From positions 43,898,001-43,962,000 of the forward strand of contig NC_045696.1 of the NCBI RefSeq assembly GCF_009834535.1: DNA of 64,000 nucleotides. The letters run 5' to 3'. How positions within the stretch are numbered: position 1 is the stretch's first letter; every line of letters starts with the position of its first letter. The DNA comes from Camelus ferus (Eukaryota). A model generated the notes under the pieces. That model was not told where the DNA came from, did not search any database, and was given only the letters and a program-made list of their open reading frames with translations. The translations under genes were made by a program, and so were the position numbers. Below are positions 13,701 through 26,670 of the stretch, piece after piece.

Positions 13701-16364
13701 GTCAATAGATCACAGCTTCATCCACCACTGCTCCTGGCACTGGACCTAGGATCCCATTGGTATATCATACGATGATGAATGATGATCGAAAAAAAATGGA
13801 AATAAAAAGTTTTTAAAATGTACTGCTAGAGAGTGGTGAATGGAAATGAGGGATAGGATAAAAGAGCTATGGGAATGAGTTCATCCTCATATTAAAAGTT
13901 TCATCTTATTTCTAGATTGGATAAATCATAAAATAACAGCATAAACAAAATATCTGGGAGACTGAAGGAACTCCATACAAAAAGTGAAAAGAATCTTGAA
14001 AAAGTTATAACTGGAGACTGAGACTGAGCAGGTAGAGGTTATAGCCAGGAAATTTTTATTTTTGTTATAAAACTTTTTAGATATGTACAAGTATTTCTTA
14101 AATTAAAAAAAGCAAAGCAAAACAAAACAATAACTTACAAATTTCTCCATAGTTAACTTTTATTTTTTACAGATTTATTTCCTCTAATTGCCATCTTTGC
14201 TTTTTCTTACAATTGTAAAAGATACCCATTGGATTGATCTCCTCATTCCATATTAATATGAAAAAAGACACTTCCCAACAGTATTTCATAGTTTTTTTGC
14301 CAATAAATTCTGTTTATATATATATATATATATACTTTAAAATTATTGTAGCTTTTTTTTTTACATTTTTAACCTGTCAAATATAATTCTGTCCTGTCTC
14401 TTTCAAAAGATTTTTTTTTAACATATACAATCTGCAAGGTATGAAACTGCAATCTCATAGGATTCTAAGGGGCAACATGTTGATGAAAATGCTGCTGTCT
14501 CTTCATCAAATGGGAATTCCATTCAAGGGAAAGACACCTTTTTGCCACTGGATTGGAGTGATCATATGATTTGTATATGTATGAGAGCCTCTAGACTAAA
14601 TTCTGGAAAACTCATCAACACAGTAAATCAACTCTCACATCTATAGAAAAGTTGTAGTTTATGTTTACAAAATCAATAAACTCACATACTTATCTCTATT
14701 CATGTTAGTAAATTATTATTGAGAAGGCATTACATTCAGATTCTGTCATTCAGACTTCCATATCATTCCATGTGAATGCACATAAATTTTTCCTAAACGG
14801 GCAGCGTTGAGTTCAAGGTCAAATTAGATAGCTGTTACCAAAACATTTGACCTACAAAGTATATTGGGATATTTAGTCAGTAGTCAAGAAAGTATTTGAC
14901 TAAAATGTAAAATTGACTTCAACTTTTGCACAATGAATTTCTTGAAGAGGATAGAATGTCTATGACATGGAAGTAGCGGTTCACTTGAAAGATGCTTGGA
15001 AACATCCACATAGTGTAGATTGCATTATCCAAACTGAAGAAACTTTTGAGATGAAGAGTGTGACATTACAGACACACTGTATGTTTTCACTATTCTCTAT
15101 ATTTTCTCTTGCTGTTTTCTCTGCCCAGGTGGCTCTTCATCCTGTCTGGCCAGCTCCCACTCCTTCTTCAAAACAATTTGAATATCATTTTATCTGTGAA
15201 ACCTGCTTCTGACAGAATGAGTTTTACCTACTCTGTTTCCTTAGCCCTTTAACTCATATTCTCTTCTGAATTTTCACATTTTAATAGTTAGATAGATAGA
15301 TGATAAATATATAGATAGATGTTGAGAGAGATGTATGTGTGTGTGTGTCTGTGTGTGAACAAACTGGACCAGGCTACTTGAAGGGCACAAATTGTGCCTT
15401 ATTCATTTATATATTTTTAGTTTTTGACAGAACATTTTACATAACAGGTTTAATAATAATGTATTGAATTAAATTAAAAGTAATTTAATTATGCAGATAT
15501 TAAGGTTCCATCAGGAAATCATTTAAAGACATAATGTAGTTAATATTAAATATATGTTAATCTTAGTACATGTAGCAAGTTATGAAAGTATTTTGAAATG
15601 ACAGGGTGTCATGATAAACAACACAGATATTTTATCATTTTGACAGACTTTTCTCTGTAGCATACACATGAGTTGGGTCTGATTTATAACCATTTTCACA
15701 TTAATCTTGAAAATACTTTTGTAAATCTTGATCTGTTTTAAAGCATTTGGGTATCTCTTATCTTATTTGATTGAATTGGTTCGATATCCTTAACAAGATT
15801 GTGTGATAATTTGAGCAAACACTGTTTTCTCAATATATAAATCTAAAATCAAATAATTTTCCTAAAGTTGCAGAACAAACTAGTGGCAAAGTTGGATCTA
15901 ATTCCCAGTCTCTGCTCTCTGTACCTTACTATTTTGCCTTTTTCTGATTTGTAATTTGCCAAACTAACACTTGATCCAAAGACAGTTTCTCAAAAAGTTT
16001 TCCCCATTTTTCAAACACTTCTATAGGAATAGTCCTTGGAAAAGAGGCAGAGTGCAGCCTAATAATAATATTCAATCCATTAGGCAATTATAAATCCTTT
16101 TTAAACCATAAAGTCCTTTCAAAATACTTGCATTTCTTGATTACAAGGAGCAGTCTTGCATTTGTTTCCTTATTACTAAGTGTGGTGCTTGGTTTATATT
16201 GGTAATTGTTATATGTCTTTTTAGTAAATTAATAAGAATTTTGAATACTTCCAAAACTCAGGCCTTACTTTGTTCAGAATCTGATTTGTTTTTAAAACTT
16301 CTCAAGTGATTTTAACATGTAGTAAGAGCTGCATACCATTCATTTGGTGCAGAATATGATAGAT

Positions 16365-16543
16365 TAGTGGTTCTTAACTTTGGTTACAAGTTGGAATTAC
16401 CTCAGGGATTTCCAAAAAAAATCCCCAAGGACAGACTCCAACCAAGATCATTCAGATTAAAATCCCTGGGGTGTGACCTAGGCATCTGTAGTTTTTATAT
16501 TTCCCCCGTGAATACAACGTAAAGCTAAGTTTGAGAACCAATG
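16365..16543. mobile_element. MER5A-like hAT-Charlie MITE
   Basis: Imperfect TIRs tagtggttcttaac ... gtttgagaaccaatg; ~180 bp; internal cctaggcatctgtagtttt. Confidence 0.75.
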
Positions 16544-18569
16544 TTATCAAGGAGATTACCCTTATTGCTTTAGTTGATTTACCATTATTTGAGGATCTTA
16601 TATCCTTAAACCATTTTCTGGATAGCAAAATAGCTATAAATATGACATGGGCAGATCCCTTTATATTTGCTGTTTTCTTAAGAAAACTCCAATTATCTTT
16701 TTGCCTATTGAGCTACAGTCAGTATGCCATCCATTGTCTAGATGTATGCTTCCTTCAAGAACTAGCTCTTTCTGTCTCCCCATCTCCATAGCACTCTGCT
16801 GAGACATGGCTAATGCAGAAGTGCAGTCTAATTAATTAGCTCAGTTGGACCCATGACACTACAAGCTGCAACTCCACTTACCATTTGCATTGCTCATCCA
16901 CGCTGAGCAGTCATTCTAAGTACAGTGTGTCATAAGAAATGCTGCAGCTAATGGTGTCCACTTCTAGCCCTCACCAAGCTAAATTATGCTGCCATTCTAC
17001 ACTATCATTCCTCTGCTTTGTGAAGAGACCCATTTATTAAAATAGATCCTTATGTGGCACACACCAATTATTTTTACAAAAAGCAAAATGGAAACAGGTC
17101 CCATAATTGCATGCTAGTCAACCAGTCAAGTCTATAAACAAAATCACTCACTCCCTTATTACCTCTTTTACTTTTATCTGTAATTCTGTCTGTTGACTGG
17201 ACATTTTTCTTATGCTTGATTTTCTTTTTAGTTCATGATTAGCAGTACACTTTCGGTCCAAATGTCCTAAAACCTTAGAAATTATTTAGGATGTTTCCAT
17301 ATCTTATGCCTGCTTGCATATACTAAGAGTTAATGCAGGAAAGCTATTACTGGGACAATGAACATCAGGCCCCGAATTATGTTGCTAATTAGCAGATTCA
17401 GATGCTGCTAAGAAAGTCAGTTTTTTCTTTACTACTGCAATGATGGGAGGGAATTAGAGCAGTTATTCCCAGCAGAACCACATCTTTCTTTTACTACTTT
17501 CCCTTGCTATCAGTCTGTCTCCATTGGTTCTCTATGTTCTTATTTTATGTATAGCTGGTTAATTTTATCTGATACATACAGACTCTGCAAGTTAAAGTTA
17601 CAACTTTTAAATAAACTGTGGTGACTTGTTTTGTTTCATTTTCTGATTTCCCTCCTGACATTGTCCTGTGGTCATTCATTGTATATGCTCTGTATTTTAG
17701 AATGTGCACCTTGATTTTGAACTGTGTTCATTCCACCTGCCTCATCCCCTCCCTGCCCCTTATCCAAGTTCTATTTGTTACACATTCTGAGACTTTCAAA
17801 ACTCATTCACTGTAAGTCAAACCATAACAGATACGGCTTTTCTGCTCAAAGTGTGAAGTCTCCCCCAAGTCTTGCAACTGTAGGGACAAAGGCTAATTAT
17901 TGGATCTCTCTGGAGAGCTCTCTTTTTTCTTAACCAAAAAACATAACAAAATACAAAACGACTCATTTAAGGCTCTTCTTGTTCCTCCCTACTCTATACA
18001 TCCTGTTGGAAAAATCTGATCAATGGACCATGCTGAGGACTGTTCTAAGTCCAAACACAGGAAACTGTTCCCTACTTTACCAGATTCTTAGAATGGTATT
18101 TTCTGGGCCTCAAAAGTGGCTATTGAGGGGATGGAGAAACCTCTGATTACTGATTCATGACTTTTTTACACCATCTTGGGATGAAGAGACAATAAATTAT
18201 GGCACAATGTTTGAATACTAAAAGTCAGCTCTGGGAGGGACAATACATGTTTGAAAACCATCCCTTCCTCAGAAGTCAAATTTCATCATCATTATTCCTT
18301 ATTGAGTTTATATTTTTCAGGCACTTTAAAATTCACATAAAATATTTATAAACCTTTTTCTGCAGTATAAATTTCCATTATTCTGACATTTAAATGTTTT
18401 AATATTTTATATTCAATTGTATTTCTTATTATAATTGGTCATCAGCCAAGCCAAAGTATTCTTAGTGATATCTATGTATTTCAATGATTATTGTCTGCAG
18501 TTTATTAAAAATATCCTGCAACCTTTAAAGAACCAGATTAACTAAAACAGGTCTACTCACCATGTCCCC

Positions 18570-19016
18570 TATAGTGGGTTGAATGGTGACCTTAAAACAA
18601 TGTGTTCATGTCCTAACCCTCCAGAACCTGTGAATGTCACCTTAATTAGAAAAAGAATCTCTGCAAATGTAGTTAAGAGTATTGATAGGAAATTATTTGG
18701 GGTTATACAAGTGGGCCCTAATTCCAACAATAAGTGTCCTTATAAGACACACAGAAAAGAGAAGCATAAGGAGAAAGACATATGAAGATGGAGGCAGAAA
18801 TTAGTTAAGTAGTTGCAACCAAGGAACACTGGAAACCACTAAAGGCTGGAAGAGGAAAGGCACGATTCTCCCCTAGAGTCTCCAGAGATAATGCAGGTCC
18901 TGCTGACACCTGGATTTCAGTCTTCTGGCCTCCAGAACTCTGAGAGAATGCATTTCTGTGGCTTTAAGTATCAAGTTTATGGTAGTTTGTTATGGCAGCC
19001 CTAGGAAATTAATACA
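18570..19016 (+). mobile_element. MaLR solo LTR (MLT1B/C-like)
   Basis: gtgggttgaatggtg...gaacctgtgaatgtcacctt...gattctcccctagag...cttctggcctccagaactctgagaga...gcagccctaggaaattaataca. Confidence 0.88.
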
Positions 19017-19094
19017 TCTCTGTATTTCTTGATAATTCTATATAGCCAATTCTCGTTATATATTACACATTTATAATTATATAATTCTGTGTAG

Positions 19095-19700
19095 TCAATA
19101 ACTATGGCTAAATATTAACAAAGTCATAGAGAGTGGGGAGATAGCTTCCTGAATTAAGAACAGCCATCTCATCTTAGAGAACAGGATCAGTTTCAGACTG
19201 CGTGATGCTTTCATCAGGAACAGCAGGAGCAAAGGCATGAAGGCAAGAAAAAGAATAACGTTAGGGATGTGCAGGCAATTTGACACAACTGGAAAGTGAA
19301 ATGGGAGATGAAAAATGTCAGGATATGAGGCCAGGAAGGTGATTGTGTGACAGATGTGAGGCTTTAATGCTATGTCGATATGAGTGACTCTGTAATGGTG
19401 TTCCTGCTTTTCAAACAAGGTGTGTGGAAAACCTTGGGGGAAAGATGTAGGACACATAATAAAGATGTTTTTTCTCCCTGGAATATTGTGTTTACTTAAG
19501 CATTTGGAGGAATTGAAATAGTGTATTTGGTAAGTGAGTTGGAAGACATTTATCAATGCAAGAATATATATATAATGATATAGGAGATACAATTAACATA
19601 ATTTGTAAACGATATAACATGAGACTTCATAAGTGGCATGACTGTGAATGAATGGAAGTAAGGAGAGGAGATTTGAGTTAGGCTCCAGATTCATGTAGAA
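19095..19700 (-). mobile_element. LINE-2 fragment, antisense
   Basis: atagcttcctgaattaag...caggaacagcaggagcaaaggcatgaaggcaag...gaggccagg: purine-rich antisense L2 pattern; it accounts for the 165-aa ORF 19095-19592. Confidence 0.55.
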
Positions 19701-20348
19701 AAAAATCACTTTCTTTTCCCATTAGCAGAAACTCTTTAGAAGATAACATTAAGAGGCATGAGCTAATTAGAGGTCAATCAACAATATTGAAAACAACGAT
19801 AAATACTAATTACTCATCACTTACCTTGTGCCAGATCCTATTCTGAATGCTAAAATGATATTTCTGTTTACAAAGAGCTCATGAAATAGGTAATATAATG
19901 ACTGATATTAAAGGAAGTTAATGATTAGAGAGATAAAAACTATTTGAAGGGACCAGAGTTTGGTCCCAGATGTAAGACTGACTTTGATGTCCCTCTCTTA
20001 ATCAATATGTTATATTACAAAGACACCCAAAAACTTCATTTTATAACTTAATGCTCTAATTCTACATTGACTTGGAAAATGATGTACTAGATATGCCAGA
20101 AATTGAAATTTATTACTAGTAAACTCCTGTTTTAAATAGTACTTTATTTTTCTCTTATGATAGGACATAATCATTCAACAAGTTAATATTTATTTTATAG
20201 ATAAAGAGATTGAGAGAAATTAGTATTTTGAAACAAATGTATAAGTGCTGAATTTTTCTGTGTGGTTTTCATGTCAGTGTAACAGAATGAGACTATAGCT
20301 TTGTGGTAAAGGAAAATAGACATTTGTTTTATTCTAGAAATGAATCAA

Positions 20349-20349
<1 letters not shown>

Positions 20350-20392
<43 letters not shown>

Positions 20393-20404
20393 TTGTGTGT
20401 GTGT
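20350..20404 (+). repeat. (TG)20 microsatellite with a short interrupted extension
   Basis: Read directly from the sequence. Confidence 0.97.
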
Positions 20405-21109
20405 TTCTTCTTCTTTAGGCAGACTTAGAAAAGAGACCCTGAAATTTGGATGAGGGATACCTTTTTCCATCTTTGGGCCTGTAATAAGTTTGTCCCTGTG
20501 GGATTCCAAGAGGTGGAAAGACCTGAAACATTTTCTGGGGGAAATGTGTGGGATGAAGGGAGCTATCTGAATTTTAGGGTTTCTGGGAGCCAAGATGTGA
20601 AAGACCAGACTCTTGGATAGAATATAAGTCACATGGAGCAATTATAACTATTTACCGTTTCATACTTCTCTTTTGTTAGTAAAGACCTGTTAACTGTTAA
20701 CCCCTATGCATGTGTCTTATGGGAATTATGGAAGGCCCGTACTCACCCTTGAGGAGAAATTATTCAGTGGGAGCAATTTCAAAAAGCAGTTACCTTCTCA
20801 TTCATTGTTAAAATGTCACCTTTACCCTGGGACAGATTGTGTTAATTTTTTTTAAAGCACTGCTATATAGCAAATTACCGACAGTTATTGTCATCAGAGA
20901 AAAGATCGGCAAATATAGAAATGCATAATTCATCACATATTCAATAACTCCTTTAAAAACTTTGCCACAAGATCATTAACTCACCACTGTGTGATACAAA
21001 CAGTTTATCAGTATTGCCCTTCTTTTATTTCAAAATGTTGTGATGAGTACATTATGTTTCAAGGTCTTATTTTATAAAATTAACTATGTTATAAACTCAT
21101 ACCACTTTC

Positions 21110-22620
21110 TGCACATCTGATCCTTGATCTCACTTTCCCTTCCACGTACCCCCTTATTTATTTTCTCCTTCTTTTTATAGAACAGATTCTTGAAAGTATT
21201 GTATACTTTACTGTTTCAAAACTTTCTTCCTTTGAATTTTCTTGAGCCCACTCAGGTTTTTGAATCCACCACATCACTGAAACTGCTTTTCTCAACTCCT
21301 TGATGACCTTGAAATGATTAAACCATATGGTCATTTCTTAGTACCCATTTTACCTGACTCATCCATAGCGTCATACACAATCAGTTAACCTCTCCTTGAC
21401 ATACTTTATCCTTTTGTTTCCAGGAAACCACACGTTCTATGCCTTCTCAGTTTCTTTCACTGGTACATTTTTACCTCTCAAACCTCTAAATATTGGAATG
21501 CTCTAGTGCTATGTTTTCATCCTTCTTTCTTCTGTTTACACTCCCTCTCTTGGTAAACCTATCCAGGTGCATGGCTTTAAATACTATTTATGTCTCTGAA
21601 TGATTAATATATAACTTCAGCCCAGAACTTGCTCCTGAAATCAAGATACATATGTGGTTAAATAGATATTTAGATATAGATATAGAGATAGATATATACA
21701 CAATTGTCTCTTTGATATCTTCACTTCAGTGTACAATAGAAACCTCCAAGTTAACATGTTCAACCTGAACTTCTGCTTTCCCCTTACCAGTACCAAACCA
21801 GTACCTTCGTAGGTCTTACACATTTCAGTTTATAACAACCAGATTCCTCCAGTTACTTAGACCAAAATCTATGTCATCTTAGACTCTTCTTTTTCTTCTT
21901 TTCTTCAACCTCCACCCCTGCTCATTCCAACAAATGTTGTCATCTCTGCCATCAAAAATATATCCAAGTTGTTGTTTACTGGGTATAGAGTTTCAATTTT
22001 GCAACATGAAAAGAACTCTGGAAATTGGCTGCACAGCTGTATGAATGCAACACTACCAAACTGTATACTTAAAAATGGTAAATTTTATGTTATGTGTATT
22101 TTACTACAATTAAAAATACCCAGCAAGTACAAAAAAAAAAAAAAAAAAAGTCCTGAATTTAACCACTCCAAACTGCTCTCATTCTCATCTCATTCTCAAT
22201 ACCTTAGCCTAGATCACCATCATCTGTTGCTAGATTCCTACAAATGTCCTCTAATGGGTCTCTCTGATTCTGCCCCTATTCCCTTACTAGTCTCTTTACC
22301 AACAGTGAAAGCGACCCTATTAAAATGTAAGTCAAATCATGACTTTCCCTTCTCATTTAGGGTAAAAACGAAAGTATTTGGCATGACCTATAAAAGTCCA
22401 CGTGATCTGGCCTTATTACTTCCTTTATCTCATATTCTGTGACTCACCTTTTTACTCCTTCTGCTTCAGTCACAGTGTCTTTGCAGTTTACCTGACACTC
22501 CCACTTGAGGTCTTTGTGCTTGCTTTTCCTACTACCTGATAACTATAAGGCTAATTCCCTCACTTCCTTAAGATCTTTAAAATTTATCTGCTCAGTGAGT
22601 TAAGTTTTAATATAAACATG
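21110..22620 (+). mobile_element. LINE-2 fragment, with a probable 3' end at ~23570-23730
   Basis: catggctttaaatactatttt...ccagaacttgctcctga, ctccaagttaacatgttcaacctgaac, ttaaaatgtaagtcaaatcatg...ggcatgacctataa are L2 consensus-like blocks. Confidence 0.8.
21969..22149 (+). mobile_element. Short L1 (L1MB-like) 3' terminus with A19 tract, inserted into an L2
   Basis: gggtatagagtttcaattttgcaacatgaaaag...ctgtatacttaaaaatggtaaattttatgttatgtgtattttactacaattaaaaa is a classic L1MB end; A19 at 22131-22149. Confidence 0.8.
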
Positions 22621-22844
22621 TGCAAGTAGCTGATATTTTATTTCTCCTTCTCTCCTTTATAGTAGTATCCTTAGCTCTTGTGGAAATCCAAATAGACCAA
22701 CTGTTGTAATTAAAACAAAACAAAACACCCAGAGAGTTGCAGTGGCTTAACTCTCACGCATATCAGAGACCAATGTGAGTCAGTAGAGTGGGATCCTTCC
22801 AATTTTGTTCTCATCTGTAGTCACCTAAGTAATAAGGAAAGAGA

Positions 22845-23367
22845 ATGGGCAGATATTATTTTCAAAAGATATGCACACCAATTTCTCCCATTCTGTATGC
22901 TCTTCCTGCAAAGTGATATTGATCCTTTTTCAGTCAAGAGGTGGATCTATGTTCCCTTCCTTTGAATTTGGTTGTGCTCATGAGTATGGAAAAAGTGACA
23001 CAATGTGACTTACAAAGTTAGGTCTGGTTCACTTGGGATTCTCCAGCATCTGTGCTGTGAAGATGCCAAGCATACATAAAGAGATAATGTTTTGGTCTTT
23101 TGTTACAAAGCTTCAGATGAATTTCCAAATTACAGCCAATATGACAGACAGGTGAGTGAAGTAGTCTTCACATTATGAAGTCCCAGGCGTAGAATCATCT
23201 CCAGCCATCTAGAATTGCCAACTAAAGACACAGACAAGCAGAGACAAGCCATTCCTTGATATTCCTTGTCCATATTTCTAATCGATAGACTCCATGAGCA
23301 TAGTGAAATTGTTTCATACCATTAAATTTGGAGGTGATTTGTTGTGCAGCATTAGATAAACAGAACA
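22845..23367 (+). mobile_element. Old MaLR LTR (MLT1G/H-like), inserted in an older antisense MLT1
   Basis: tcaagaggtggatctatgttcccttcctttgaa...aaatttggaggtgatttgttgtgcagcattagataaacagaaca. Confidence 0.7.
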
Positions 23368-26029
23368 AAGCAAGAGCCTAAAGAAAGCACATCTGCTTTT
23401 AACCATTTTGGCTGAGACCACATGATTTCTACTTTTATTCCTTTGATCAAAATCTAGTCATTTGGCTCCACTTAACGGCAAGGCTCCAGCCACAATGGAA
23501 GTCTGGAAAATGTCATCTCATGGTGTTGCTGAGAATGTTGTTATACATTATCAGCCTTGCTATAGCCCTACACTATTTACTATACTGTATGTCATTTAAT
23601 TTTTTTCTGACTTCAAAACTAAAAGATAAGCTGCATGGAGATGAGATGGTTTTCTGATTTGCTCACTTTTTCCTGGCACATAGTGGGATATAGTAAGTAC
23701 TCAACAGAAAATTATTGAATAAATAAGGAATTGAGTAGATTGTGAGAAGAAGCTTACCTTAAGAGAAAAAAGTAAAGGCTATAAGCTTAGAACCAAAGCA
23801 AGGGATTTTCGGTTAAAAGAAATTTGACATTAGAGAATGCACAGAAGCGCATCACTCAGAGTTTCATTAGATACGCTTCCCTCTCACTTCCTCTCATCCA
23901 CTATTTTTTTGAGGAAAGCAGGTATCACTTGAATTAACAAGAAAAAGTAAGGTTATTAGAGTCTCTGTATGATACAAAGAACAGAGGACAGCATTATTTT
24001 ATGGACAATGTAATCTTCTGTATCATTCACTAAGTGGTTAAATGACTGCTAAGAGGAAAGGTTGAACAATAGAAATAGCTGAGTCATAAAGGATCACAAA
24101 AAAGAGTACACAAAACAAAAGTCAGGGACCAGAGCAGCCAAAACCCGAGCATATGGAGGCATTGCAAGTTTGAATGGAAAAAACGATGGTCAAGGAAGTT
24201 CTATGTCTAATGGCTTTTAAAAATAAAAACGCTGGGAGAGAATTGGGATGGTCTGGTTGCTGGTGCTGAGTTTATAAAGAAACTCAGCCTACAATAACAA
24301 ATTGTTATCATGAATCTATTGTGCGCCCCTTCCCACCCTTCCGGCTGTTGAAGCCTGGGGATACAGCTAGAAAGATAAATAACAGGCCCTACAAGTGACC
24401 TTCTCTAGTCAACCTCTAAGCATGACTTAAAGCCTCCTGTGCCTTTCAGACAATAATCCTTTTGTTTTATTAGAACAGAACTTGGAAAGAGGGTATTTTT
24501 CATTGGGGGTTATGTCCTTCACAGAGCAAGAGCTACTTACCATATATATACGCAATTCATGATTTTGAGGCTTGATCGATCTATTTATTTATGTCTCTCT
24601 CTCTTTCTATCTATCTGTATTTGTTCATACATAACTTCATCTAACTTTTCCTTAATACAATTCTTACAATACCATTGTTTGCCTTCTTTCTCCTATGAAT
24701 ATGCACAGAAACTGAATACTTTTTAATTAAGAAACACCATTTTTTCCCTTTTTGCTTTATTATCGCATTCAGTATAATTTCTGCTTACTATATGCTTCCA
24801 GCTGCAGATAGCTACATGAGTAGACTTATTCTTTACTTTCATTAATACTTTTGGTTTTGCTATTTTTTCTGATTTTCTATTATTGCATTGCTATTGCATT
24901 GCTATTAGGGTAAATTTTTCTTATCCCTGCAGTAAAGGCACCTGCTTGTAGGTCCAAAATTTTTCATGTTAAAGCAATGGCAATTTTTGTTATAGAGTAT
25001 ATGGTTATACTTCACATAAAATAAATAAATTACAGATATATTAAGAGATGTTCCATTAAAAACAAGGAAGTTCATGTGGTACCAACAAAGTGCTAAAAGT
25101 AGAGCATAAGACTAAATGTAAACTTGGACTTAGGGAACATTAAATGATGAAAAACACCCACAAAATGAAAATTTGTTTTCTTGAGGGTATAATTTTTAAA
25201 GGACAATTCCAAACTCTTAACCTATTTGGAGGCAATTTTTACTTTTAATTCTTAAAAGGAATTGTGTTTGGGGCTTAGATATATATTTATATGTTTCACT
25301 ACTCTAAAGGAAAATGAAGTTATGTTATTATACAAAAAAGGAAAGAAAAATTAGTAATAGTGCAAATTGTTACTCTGACTGGTAAGTCTTGTGGTCACTT
25401 CTATGTCCTTGAAATTTGTGACACTTCTGACTGTCACTATCCTCCCCTACCCCCTGCCTTCCACTGTAGTTGTAAATATATTTCCATGCTTCTAAAGGCC
25501 ATTTGTTTACTGGTAGTAAACTACCTGCTTGTAAATCCTACACATGTAAGGAAGCTGGATAAAGTGAAGAGCAAGTTAATCTACCCAGAGGTGTAATTAC
25601 AAGAGGATAAAGCAAATTTGAAAATGTTTATTTCATATGGTGCATTTGACAGAATCACAATTCATCTGGGCTTTGTATTATTTATTACTTCCTGATAGCA
25701 CAGTAGAAATCATGGCATTTATCACCACTAAGAACATGATTTGTAGGAGGTGTTGATGACCTATAATGTATGTAGAATGCCAAAATCCAAATTTCTAATT
25801 TATTGGGTTGCACAATAAAGCACTTAATTGAAAAGGGCCCTGACTGTCTGGGCAAAATGGAACTGTCCTCTGCTCTCTTATTAGAAACCTGGGGCAAATT
25901 CACTAAAATGTTCCCTAAATGCAAAGATCAGACATTTCTAGAGACACTTCTTATTTAGAGGTTACCTCTACTGAATATGTCTATGTCAGATAATCTAAGT
26001 TTTAGATCTCTGTAACATGAGTGTCAGCC

Positions 26030-26260
26030 AATAGGGTGGTTGCTTCTATTCATTCTGGGGTCAGGCTGCTTGTGTTCAAATGCTGCTTTACCACTCTATG
26101 ATATTCTGAGCATCACTTTATCTCACTATGCTGATTTCCTCAAATGTTAAATTGAGGTAATAATAAAACTCATTTTATAGAGAAAGACTAACAAATAATA
26201 CATGTAAAATGCTTTGGTCAGTGCTTTGTATAGAGTATATGTTCAATAAGTGTTAGTTAA
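26030..26260 (+). mobile_element. MIR SINE
   Basis: ttctggggtcaggctgcttgtgttcaaat...tttcctcaaatgttaaattgagg...catgtaaaatgctt...tcaataagtgttag. Confidence 0.75.
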
Positions 26261-26459
26261 TCATAAACTCAACACAACCAAATTCATTACATTATATCCT
26301 GATATGGACCCAAGGTTTTTCTTTTCTTCCCCTTTCCCTTCAAGTTTTTAAGACTGCCAACTCTGTTAATGCCCAAGCATACTTTTTTCATGAAATCTGC
26401 CTTGTACCACCTCTAGTACACCAAAATTGTTCTATATTTCACTGCGAGAATTTAAAAGG

Positions 26460-26670
26460 TGTCATGCAGTAATGGACAGAGCAAGGGTTTTGAAATCATA
26501 CTGGCTGAAATTTTAAACTCATTTCTGGTAGTTATGTGTGACCCTGTAGAGTTGCTTAATTGTTTTGAGCCTCAGTTTCTACATCTGTAAGATGGACTTC
26601 ATTTGGATTAAATGAAAAGATAACTGGGAGAGTGACTGATACATATTAGATACTCAGTAAATAGTTTTCT
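26460..26670 (+). mobile_element. MIR SINE
   Basis: tgtgtgaccctg...ttgagcctcagtttctacatctgtaagatgg (MIR core). Confidence 0.8.

Noticed and set aside
19095..19592. 165-aa ORF
   Set aside because: It lies over a decayed L2 fragment and shows no recognisable domain.
21969..22442. 157-aa ORF with a poly-Lys run
   Set aside because: It reads through an L1 3'UTR, its A19 tract and L2 sequence.
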